Shown here: positions 8,309 through 15,741 of the stretch, piece by piece
Layout of the letters: every line of letters begins with the position of its first letter
Numbering within the stretch: the first letter of the stretch is position 1
From: Thermomicrobium roseum DSM 5159
Lineage (GTDB): Bacteria > Chloroflexota > Chloroflexia > Thermomicrobiales > Thermomicrobiaceae
Assembly (NCBI RefSeq): GCF_000021685.1
Contig: NC_011961.1
Span: 279,527 to 311,526, forward strand
Length of the DNA stretch: 32,000 nucleotides
Reading direction: 5' to 3'
Notes under the pieces: model-generated
The model's database searches: none
What the model was told of the DNA's origin: nothing
The model's input: only the letters and a program-made list of their open reading frames with translations
Translations under genes and position numbers: made by a program

Positions 8309-9136
8309 ATGAATCAGTTCGAGTGGGTACCGATCAAGCAGTACACCGACATTCTCTACGAGCGACTCGCCGGTGAGGGGATCGCCAAGATCACGATCAA
8401 CCGGCCGGAAGTCCGCAACGCTTTCCGCCCGCTCACGGTCATGGAGATGATGGACGCCTTTGCCCATGCCCGAGAGGATGGCTCGATCGGCGTCGTCCTC
8501 TTGACCGGAGCCGGGGACAAGGCGTTTTGCTCCGGTGGTGACCAGCGCGTGCGCGGCCACGGCGGGTATGTGGACGATCAGGGAATCCCGCGGCTCAACG
8601 TGCTGGATCTCCAGAAGCAGATTCGCTATCTGCCCAAGCCAGTCATCGCGGTCGTCAACGGCTATGCGATCGGGGGCGGGCATGTACTGCATGTGGTCTG
8701 TGACCTGACGATCGCTGCTGAGCATGCCAAGTTCGGTCAGGTCGGGCCACGAGTGGGGAGCTTTGACGCAGGCTACGGCGCGACGTTGCTCGGGCGGATC
8801 GTCGGGCACAAGAAGGCGAAGGAGATCTGGTTCCTCTGCCGGCAGTACACCGCGCAAGAGGCGCTGGAGATGGGGCTGGTCAACGCGGTCGTGCCCTATG
8901 AGAAGCTCGAGGAGACAGCAGTCGAGTGGGCGCGGGAGATCCTGGAAAAGAGCCCGATGGCGATCCGTTTCCTCAAGGCAGCCTTCAACGCCGATACCGA
9001 TGGCTTGGCTGGATTGCAACAGCTGGCTGGTGATGCGACGCTCCTCTACTACTTGACTGAAGAGGCCAAGGAGGGGCACCGGGCGTTCCTCGAGAAGCGC
9101 AAGCCGGATTTCTCCAAGTTCCCGCGCTTCCCGTGA
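8309..9136 (+). CDS. menB: 1,4-dihydroxy-2-naphthoyl-CoA synthase
   Basis: ATG 8309 follows TAGGAGGA. The sequence is MenB-like throughout: [85 protein letters not shown]. 275 aa. The 128 upstream codons of track ORF 7925.. are rejected. Confidence 0.93.
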   Translation: MNQFEWVPIKQYTDILYERLAGEGIAKITINRPEVRNAFRPLTVMEMMDAFAHAREDGSIGVVLLTGAGDKAFCSGGDQRVRGHGGYVDDQGIPRLNVLDLQKQIRYLPKPVIAVVNGYAIGGGHVLHVVCDLTIAAEHAKFGQVGPRVGSFDAGYGATLLGRIVGHKKAKEIWFLCRQYTAQEALEMGLVNAVVPYEKLEETAVEWAREILEKSPMAIRFLKAAFNADTDGLAGLQQLAGDATLLYYLTEEAKEGHRAFLEKRKPDFSKFPRFP

Positions 9137-9149
9137 TGGAGCGAGTTGC

Positions 9150-10073
9150 ATGAGTGTCCCGGTGAGCGATCCTGCACGGATGCCCGGACGAGGCGCCAGC
9201 TGGCGTGTCTGGTGGCTGGGGGCGCGACCGGCCACCCTGGTCGCTGCCATCGGTCCGGTGCTCGTCGGGACAGCAGCCGGGGTACGGGAAGCCGGGACGA
9301 TCCGCTGGTTACCGTTCCTGGCGGCACTGGTGACCGCGCTCCTCATTCAGGTCGGGACCAACTATGCCAATGATCTCTTTGATTATCTCAAGGGGGCGGA
9401 CCGTCCCGATCGGGTCGGGCCGACGCGCATCACTGCTCGTGGCTTGGTAACGGTCGCCGCGATGCGCCGGGCTGTCGTCCTGACCTTCGCACTGGCCACA
9501 GTGCTCGGCCTCTACCTGGTCTGGGTCGGGGGCTGGCCGATTCTGGTGATCGGTCTCGCCTCCATCGCGGCTGGGATCCTCTACACTGCTGGGCCGGTGC
9601 CACTCGGCTACGCGGGGCTGGGAGACGTGTTCGTCTTCGTGTTCTTTGGGCTCGTCGCGGTGGGTGGCAGCTCCTATCTCCAAACCGGTTCCCTATCCGG
9701 ACTCGCGCTCCTCGCCGCGGTCCCGGTCGGTTCCCTCATCACCGCGATCCTCGTCGTCAACAATCTGCGCGATATCCCGACCGATCGAGCTGCCGGCAAG
9801 CGCACGCTGGCGGTTCGCATCGGTGAGCGGGCGACGCGCTGGCAGTACGCCGTGCTGGTTGCTGGGGCCTATCTGGTCCCCGTGCTGCTCTGGCTGCTCG
9901 GCTGGGCCGGGCCGGCGGTGCTGCTGCCCTCGCTCACGTTGCCCCTCGCTCTCCGACTCGTGGGGGTGGTGCTGCGCGGTGCGGAGGGGCCGTCGCTCAA
10001 CCCTGTCCTCAAGCGGACTGGTCAGTTACAGCTGCTGTTCGCCATGCTCTTCGCTCTGGGGTTGCTCGGGTGA
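9150..10073 (+). CDS. menA: 1,4-dihydroxy-2-naphthoate polyprenyltransferase (UbiA superfamily)
   Basis: Polytopic membrane protein with the UbiA-family Asp-rich motif region [18 protein letters not shown] and a second motif [19 protein letters not shown]. It lies directly between menB and menC. Confidence 0.88.
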   Translation: MSVPVSDPARMPGRGASWRVWWLGARPATLVAAIGPVLVGTAAGVREAGTIRWLPFLAALVTALLIQVGTNYANDLFDYLKGADRPDRVGPTRITARGLVTVAAMRRAVVLTFALATVLGLYLVWVGGWPILVIGLASIAAGILYTAGPVPLGYAGLGDVFVFVFFGLVAVGGSSYLQTGSLSGLALLAAVPVGSLITAILVVNNLRDIPTDRAAGKRTLAVRIGERATRWQYAVLVAGAYLVPVLLWLLGWAGPAVLLPSLTLPLALRLVGVVLRGAEGPSLNPVLKRTGQLQLLFAMLFALGLLG

Positions 10074-11155
10074 GCGGCTCGCGCCTCGATTGGCGATGGT
10101 ACCGCCTCCGCTTCCGCGCTCCGCTGGAGACGGCTGCGGGTTCGCTGGGGACGCGGCGAGGGATCCTGGTCAGCGTGGCGACAGCGGATGGATTGGTCGG
10201 GCTCGGGGACGTCGCTCCCTGGCCGGGAACGGAGGACCGTGCGCTTCCGGAGGCAGCCGACTGGTTGGCAGCGCTTCGTGCGGTTGCCGAGGAGGGAGAG
10301 GGCGCACTTCGGCAGGCGCTGGAGCGGGTTGCGGCGGTGACACCGGGAGCGCGTGCGGCGCGGGCGGCGCTGGAAACGGCGCTCCTCGATGTCAGCGCTC
10401 AGCGGGCCGGTGTGCCCCTGGCCTTCTGGCTGCGCTCGTCGGCGCGCTCCTCCGTCCCTGTGAACGCGCTCATCGGGATCGCTGATCCGGAGCGCACGGT
10501 CGAGGCTGCGCGCGCAGCCGTCGCTGCCGGATTCCGGGCCCTCAAGCTCAAGGTGCGCATCGCGGCGAGCGAGGTGGAGCGCGTCGCGGCAGTCCGCCGA
10601 GCAGTCGGCCCGGAGGTTCAGCTGCGGCTCGATGCGAACGCTTCCGCGGCGGTCGCCGCTGCGCTCGCTTTTGCGCGGGCAGTCGCACCGCTCGGAATCG
10701 AGTACCTGGAGCAGCCGGTGGGTTCCCTGGAGGAACTCGCGGCGTTGCGGCGGCAGAGCCCGGTGCCGCTCGCCGCTGACGAGGTGCTCGCCGGCCCAGA
10801 CGAACTGGAACGGGCGCTCGCTTTGGGGGCAGCGGATATCGTGATCGCCAAGCTGCCGCTCGTGGGCAGTGTGGAGCGGTTGCTCGACCTGGCCGAACGA
10901 TGCGAGCGAGCTGGGATCGCAGTGGTGGTGACGAGTAACTTGGAATCGGCGGTCGGTCTGGTGGCAGCCCTCCACGTGGCAGCGGCACTGCCAGGGAATG
11001 CAGAGCGTGCTCACGGGCTCGCCACCGCTGGTCTGGTCGAACCGCTCGGTCGCGAGCCAGTGTTCCAGCCGCTGGGCGGCCGACTCGTGCTCCCGCCTGG
11101 ACCAGGGTTGGGACTGGATCGAACGATGATGCTGGCAGGAGAGGAAGACGGATGA
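10070..11155 (+). CDS. menC: o-succinylbenzoate synthase (enolase superfamily)
   Basis: GTG 10070 overlaps the menA stop (GTGA). Enolase-superfamily catalytic pattern: LKLKV (KxK), RLDANAS, EYLEQPV, PLAADE, IVIAKLP. The men-operon context favours OSBS over other MLE-subgroup activities. Confidence 0.8.
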   Translation: MSGSRLDWRWYRLRFRAPLETAAGSLGTRRGILVSVATADGLVGLGDVAPWPGTEDRALPEAADWLAALRAVAEEGEGALRQALERVAAVTPGARAARAALETALLDVSAQRAGVPLAFWLRSSARSSVPVNALIGIADPERTVEAARAAVAAGFRALKLKVRIAASEVERVAAVRRAVGPEVQLRLDANASAAVAAALAFARAVAPLGIEYLEQPVGSLEELAALRRQSPVPLAADEVLAGPDELERALALGAADIVIAKLPLVGSVERLLDLAERCERAGIAVVVTSNLESAVGLVAALHVAAALPGNAERAHGLATAGLVEPLGREPVFQPLGGRLVLPPGPGLGLDRTMMLAGEEDG

Positions 11156-11553
11156 GGACAGGCGAGAGGAAGCGCATGGTTTTGGGGCTTTGGGTCGCCG
11201 TGCTCGCTACCGCGGTGGGGCTGGCTGTCTCCGCGGTGCTCGTCCCGCGTGCCCTCGCGACGTCGCGAGGGCTGGCCAATCTGCTGGCGGTGGCCAGTGC
11301 GCTGCTCGTCGCGGCGGGCTGGATCGGCGGAGGCGTGACGAGTTGGCGGGGAGCTCGCTGGCGAGGAGCACTGTTCGGCCTCGCCGCGTATCTCGTCGCT
11401 GGTTCAGCCTGGACAGCTGGGTTCGTCCTCCTCGATCCCTGGCAGGTCGATTACGGTCGCGTCGATATCGTCCGTTTCGCGCTCTACTCCGTTCTGCTCT
11501 GGCCGTTCGCGCTGACGTATACCCTCGATTGGTTCGGGTTGGGCGGGTTTTGA
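11152..11553 (+). CDS. hypothetical integral membrane protein (about 4 TM) embedded in the men operon
   Basis: ATG 11152 overlaps the menC stop (ATGA) and is preceded by GGAGAGGAAG. It ends 12 nt before menE. Four hydrophobic segments (LGLWVAVLATAVGLAVSAVLV, LLAVASALLVAAGWIGGGV, LFGLAAYLVAGSAWTAGFVLL, FALYSVLLWPFALTYTL). No family recognised. Confidence 0.6.
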   Translation: MRTGERKRMVLGLWVAVLATAVGLAVSAVLVPRALATSRGLANLLAVASALLVAAGWIGGGVTSWRGARWRGALFGLAAYLVAGSAWTAGFVLLDPWQVDYGRVDIVRFALYSVLLWPFALTYTLDWFGLGGF

Positions 11554-11565
11554 GCGGAGGCGCCG

Positions 11566-13029
11566 ATGCTGGTCCCCGAGTGGCTCGCCTGGCGTGCGCA
11601 GACCACTCCTGATCGTCTGGCACTCGTCTGGCGCGACCGTGTCTGGTCGTTCGCCTCGCTCGCCGCGGCTGCTGACGAAGCAGCTCGGCGCCTGGCCGGC
11701 CTCGGTGTCCGAATGGGCGACCGCGTTGCCGTGGTGATGGCGAACCGGCCGGAGTTCGTCCAACTGGTCCATGCGGTCAGCCGCTTGGGCGCGATCCTCG
11801 TCCCGCTCAATGTGCGGCTCACCGGCAGCGAACTGCGGACACTGCTCGACGATGCCGAGCCGCGGGTCGTGGTAGTCGATCGCGCGACCTGCTCACTACT
11901 GGATGGTTGGTCGGGTGCCGTGGTGGAGATCGACCGCGAGTGGTCGTCGCTTCCTACGACGACTGTGGAACTGCGGCGCGCGATCGATCTCGCGGCTGTG
12001 CACACCCTGGTCTACACCTCGGGGACGACGTCCCGACCGAAAGGAGTATTGCTGACGTACGGGAACCATTGGTGGAGCGCGCTCGGGTCTCAGCTGAACA
12101 TCGGGGCCGTGCCGGAGGACCGCTGGCTCCTGTGTTTGCCGCTGTTCCACGTGGGTGGGCTCTCCATCCTGTTCCGCAGCGTCATCGGCGGCTTCGCGGT
12201 GGAGCTCCACGAACGGTTCGATCCGGCGTCGGTCAACCGGGCGATCGAGGAGGGAACGACGCTGCTCTCGGTCGTCGGGACGATGCTCTGGCGGATGCTC
12301 GAGGAGCGAGGGGAGCGTCCCTATCCGCGTCATCTGCGCGCCGTCCTGCTCGGCGGCGGGCCGGCGCCCCGACCCTTGCTGGAGCATGCCGCTGCGCTCG
12401 GCGTTCCTGTTCTGCAGACCTACGGGCTCACTGAGACCGCCTCGCAGCTGGCGACCTTGGCACCGGAGGATGCGCTGCGGAAACTCGGTTCGGCCGGCAG
12501 ACCCCTCTACCCGAACGAGTTGCGGGTCGTGCGGGAAGACGGTAGTCCGGCGGGACCAGGGGAGCCGGGGGAGATCACCGTACGCGGTCCAGTGGTCACG
12601 CCCGGCTATTGGCGGCGACCCGACCTCACGGCTCGCGCACTGCGTGATGGCTGGCTCTGGACAGGTGACCTCGGCTATCTCGACGAGGATGGGTATCTGA
12701 CCGTGCTCGACCGGCGCGACGACCTCATCGTGACCGGAGGCGAGAACGTCTATCCGGCGGAGGTGGAAGCGGTGCTGCTGGCACATCCCGCGGTCGCGGA
12801 AGCGGCGGTGGTGGGGATTCCCGATGTCGAATGGGGGCAGCGCGTCGTCGCTGCGGTCGTCCTGCGCCCTGGTGCAACAGTGCGCGCGGCAGATCTCGCC
12901 AGTTGGTGCCGGGAACGGCTGGCTGGCTACAAGGTGCCACGAGCGTTCCGGTTCGTGAGTGAGCTTCCCCGGACGGAGAGCGGCAAGGTACAGCGGTGGG
13001 CAGTGCGGCAGGCATGGAACGCGGAGTGA
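11566..13029 (+). CDS. menE: o-succinylbenzoate-CoA ligase (ANL/AMP-binding superfamily)
   Basis: ATG 11566 lies 5 nt after GCGGAGG. AMP-binding motif LVYTSGTTSRPKGVLLTYGNHWW, TYGLTE, GWLWTGDLGYLDEDGYL, and a C-terminal YKVPRAF..LPRTESGKVQR. Size (487 aa) and men context fit MenE. Confidence 0.88.
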   Translation: MLVPEWLAWRAQTTPDRLALVWRDRVWSFASLAAAADEAARRLAGLGVRMGDRVAVVMANRPEFVQLVHAVSRLGAILVPLNVRLTGSELRTLLDDAEPRVVVVDRATCSLLDGWSGAVVEIDREWSSLPTTTVELRRAIDLAAVHTLVYTSGTTSRPKGVLLTYGNHWWSALGSQLNIGAVPEDRWLLCLPLFHVGGLSILFRSVIGGFAVELHERFDPASVNRAIEEGTTLLSVVGTMLWRMLEERGERPYPRHLRAVLLGGGPAPRPLLEHAAALGVPVLQTYGLTETASQLATLAPEDALRKLGSAGRPLYPNELRVVREDGSPAGPGEPGEITVRGPVVTPGYWRRPDLTARALRDGWLWTGDLGYLDEDGYLTVLDRRDDLIVTGGENVYPAEVEAVLLAHPAVAEAAVVGIPDVEWGQRVVAAVVLRPGATVRAADLASWCRERLAGYKVPRAFRFVSELPRTESGKVQRWAVRQAWNAE

Positions 13030-13074
13030 GGTGCACGGCAGCGCTCGTGCTTTGCTGGCGTTGCCAGCTGCGAA

Positions 13075-13103
13075 TTGCCAAGGTATCGTACGAGCCGTAG
13101 AAT
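13075..13103 (+). promoter_or_regulatory. candidate sigma-70 promoter (TTGCCA-17 nt-TAGAAT) for the double malic-enzyme gene
   Basis: TTGCCA at 13075-13080, a 17-nt spacer, then TAGAAT at 13098-13103, about 48 nt upstream of ATG 13152. It sits in the 122-bp menE/ME-like intergenic region. Pattern match only. Confidence 0.4.
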
Positions 13104-13151
13104 GCCCGGGGAGAGGTGGTGAGCGTTCGGTTCCGCTGAACGGGGTGGGGC

Positions 13152-15665
13152 ATGTATCTGCTCGATCAGCCAGATGCAGCGTTGGCCTATCGCCGGCAAT
13201 ATCGCGGGCTGATCGGCATCGCGAGCAAAGTGCCGCTGCGCGATCGCGCCATGCTCAGCTTGGTCTACACGCCCGGTGTTGCCGAGGCTTGCCGGGTGAT
13301 CAGCCAGGACGAGGTGAGTTCGTTCGATCTGACTGGGCGCGGTAACACGGTCGCCATCCTGACGGACGCGTCCGATCTCTTCGGACCCACGCGGGCGCCG
13401 GTCGAGGCAGCGCTACCGCTCCTGGAGGCGAAAGCCGTTCTCTTCAAGACCTTTGCTGGCGTGGATGCGGTCCCGATTGCGGTCGATCTCCAGGATCCTT
13501 TGGCGATTGTGGAAGTGGCACGCTCCTTGATTCCTACCTTCGGTGCGTTCTGCCTCGATCATATTCGGGCTCCGCACAGCTTCACGATCCAGGATCATTT
13601 GGAGAAGGCGGCACCGATCCCGGTCTTCTCCAACCAGCACCACGGTACAGCGATTCTGGTGCTCGGTGCGCTCAAGAATGCGCTGGAGGTGGTGGGGAAG
13701 CGGTTGGAGGAGGTCCGAGTCGTCATCGCCGGGGCAGGACTCGCCGGGATCGGCGTCGCGCGCCTGCTCACCCGAGTCGGGGTCAAGGATCTCATCGTGT
13801 GCGATCGCGCGGGCGCGATCTACCTGGGGCGACCGTACCGCATGAATTGGGCCAAGGCGTACTTGGCGAAGGAGACGAATCCGGAGCGGCGACGCGGGAC
13901 GCTCGCTGAGGTGTTGAAGGGCGCCGATGTCTTTATCGGATTGGCTCGCGGCAATATCCTGTCGCCGGAAATGGTCGCAGCGATGGCACCCGATCCGATC
14001 GTCTTCGCGCTGGCACTGCCGACTCCCGAGATCGATCCGGACCTGGCTCGGCAGGCGGGTGCAGCGGTGGTCGCGACCGGGCGCTCCGACTACCCGAACA
14101 TGATGGATGTCTCGCTCGTGTTCCCCGGTGTCTTCCGTGGCCTGCTCGATTCGGGCGCGCGCAACATCCGGTTGCGCACGTTGATCTATGCTGCCGAGGC
14201 GTTGGCTAGCTTGGTGCCGCCGGAGCAGCGTGGTCCTGAGCATATCGTCCCGCAGATCTTCGACTTTCGCGTCGCACCCGCGATCGCGGCTGCGGTGGTG
14301 CAAGCGGCCTTGGAGACCAAAGAAGCGACGCGGGAAGTCGACCCACAACAGGTGGCGGAGAACACGCGCCGCTATATCTACGAGGGTACCTTCGACGTTG
14401 CGCGGCCGGTCAACCGACGCCCCCGCTCGCTGGCCGAGCAAGCGCTGGATTTGCGCCGGCGGTATCGCGGTGTACTGGAGATCCGCAGCAAGTTGCCGGT
14501 CCGAGACCATCACATCCTGAACTTGCTCTACTTGCCACCGGCAGCCCTGGCACCGGTCGAGGAAGTGCGCCAGCACCGCGAAGCGGTCTACGACCTGACG
14601 GTCAAGGGGAACCTCGTGGCCATCGTGACCGATGGGAGCGCCGTGCTGGGGCTGGGCGATATCGGGCCGCAAGCTGCTTTACCAGTGATGGAAGGGAAAG
14701 CGGTTCTCTTCCAATCGCTCGGTGGAGTGGAGGCGTTCCCGATCTGTATCGCTGAGCGGGATCCCGATCGGATCGTGGACATCGTGGCAGCGATCGCTCC
14801 CTCCTTTGGCGGGATCAATCTGGAGGACATTGCAGCGCCACGCTGCTTCGAGATCGAGTCAGCGCTCAAGGAACGACTGGATATGCCAGTGTTCCACGAC
14901 GACCAGCATGGGACGGCGATCGTCGTTTTGGCTGCGCTGATCAACGCGTTCAAGCTGCGGGGAACACCGCTTGCCGAGGCGAGGGTGGTCATCAACGGTG
15001 CTGGGGCCGCGGGGATCGCGACGGCGAAGCTGCTCTTGGTCTACGGGGTCGGTGACGTCATTCTCTGCGATCGCCTGGGGGCGATCTATCGGGAGCGCGA
15101 AGCGGGGATGAACCGCTACAAGATGGAGATCGCTCGGCTGACCAACAAGGCGGGCGTGCGCGGTGACCTGGCGACGGCGCTGGTGGGTGCTGATGCGTTC
15201 ATCGGGCTCTCCAGCCCGAACATCCTCACGCCGGAAATGATCCGCAGCATGGCGCCCGATCCGATCGTTTTCGCCCTGGCCAATCCCGACCCGGAGATCC
15301 ACCCGGATCTAGCGCTGGAGGCGGGAGCACTGGTGGTCGCGACCGGGCGCTCGGATTTCCCGAACCAGGTCAACAACTCGCTGGCTTTCCCGGGCGTGTT
15401 CCGCGGTGCGCTCGACGTGCGGGCACGCGACATCAACGACGCCATGAAGCTGGCTGCCGCGCAGGCGATCGCTGAACTCGTCTCGCCACGCCAGCTCTCG
15501 CCGCAGTACGTGATCCCGGATAGTCTCGATCTCTCCGTGCCTCCGGCTGTCGCCGCGGCAGTCGCGCGGGCTGCCGTGGAAACCGGAGTCGCCCGCTTGC
15601 AGGTCGATCCGGACGATATCGCTGCGCGCACGCGGGAGCTGCTCTACGAGGGCCTGCGGCGGTGA
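13152..15665 (+). CDS. tandem (duplicated) malic enzyme-like protein, 837 aa: degenerate N-terminal ME unit plus canonical-looking C-terminal NAD(P)-malic enzyme unit
   Basis: Single uninterrupted ORF. The C-terminal half carries the small prokaryotic ME motifs TDGSAVLGLGDIG, PVMEGKAVLF, FGGINLEDIAAPRCFEIE, PVFHDDQHGTAIV, NGAGAAGIA, FALANPDPEI, ATGRSDFPNQVNNSLAFPGVFRGALD. The N-terminal half is collinear (YTPGVAEAC, LLEAKAVLF, AGAGLAGIG, ATGRSDYPN..FPGVFRG) but has TDASDLFGPTRAP, FGAFCLDHIRAPHSF and VFSNQHHGTA at the corresponding positions. Confidence 0.85.
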   Translation: MYLLDQPDAALAYRRQYRGLIGIASKVPLRDRAMLSLVYTPGVAEACRVISQDEVSSFDLTGRGNTVAILTDASDLFGPTRAPVEAALPLLEAKAVLFKTFAGVDAVPIAVDLQDPLAIVEVARSLIPTFGAFCLDHIRAPHSFTIQDHLEKAAPIPVFSNQHHGTAILVLGALKNALEVVGKRLEEVRVVIAGAGLAGIGVARLLTRVGVKDLIVCDRAGAIYLGRPYRMNWAKAYLAKETNPERRRGTLAEVLKGADVFIGLARGNILSPEMVAAMAPDPIVFALALPTPEIDPDLARQAGAAVVATGRSDYPNMMDVSLVFPGVFRGLLDSGARNIRLRTLIYAAEALASLVPPEQRGPEHIVPQIFDFRVAPAIAAAVVQAALETKEATREVDPQQVAENTRRYIYEGTFDVARPVNRRPRSLAEQALDLRRRYRGVLEIRSKLPVRDHHILNLLYLPPAALAPVEEVRQHREAVYDLTVKGNLVAIVTDGSAVLGLGDIGPQAALPVMEGKAVLFQSLGGVEAFPICIAERDPDRIVDIVAAIAPSFGGINLEDIAAPRCFEIESALKERLDMPVFHDDQHGTAIVVLAALINAFKLRGTPLAEARVVINGAGAAGIATAKLLLVYGVGDVILCDRLGAIYREREAGMNRYKMEIARLTNKAGVRGDLATALVGADAFIGLSSPNILTPEMIRSMAPDPIVFALANPDPEIHPDLALEAGALVVATGRSDFPNQVNNSLAFPGVFRGALDVRARDINDAMKLAAAQAIAELVSPRQLSPQYVIPDSLDLSVPPAVAAAVARAAVETGVARLQVDPDDIAARTRELLYEGLRR

Positions 15666-15741
15666 GACGGCACGCCCGCTCGTTTCGGCCAGAGCCGAGT
15701 GCTCCGTCGTGCGCATCGGCTGAACGAGAGCTGGCCAGCGG

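Noticed and set aside
15686-15735. A nested hairpin (GGCCAG/CTGGCC outer, AGCCGA/TCGGCT inner) between the convergent malic-enzyme and P-type ATPase genes, considered as a bidirectional terminator.
   Set aside because: It has a large asymmetric internal loop and no U-tract on either strand, which is too weak to call.
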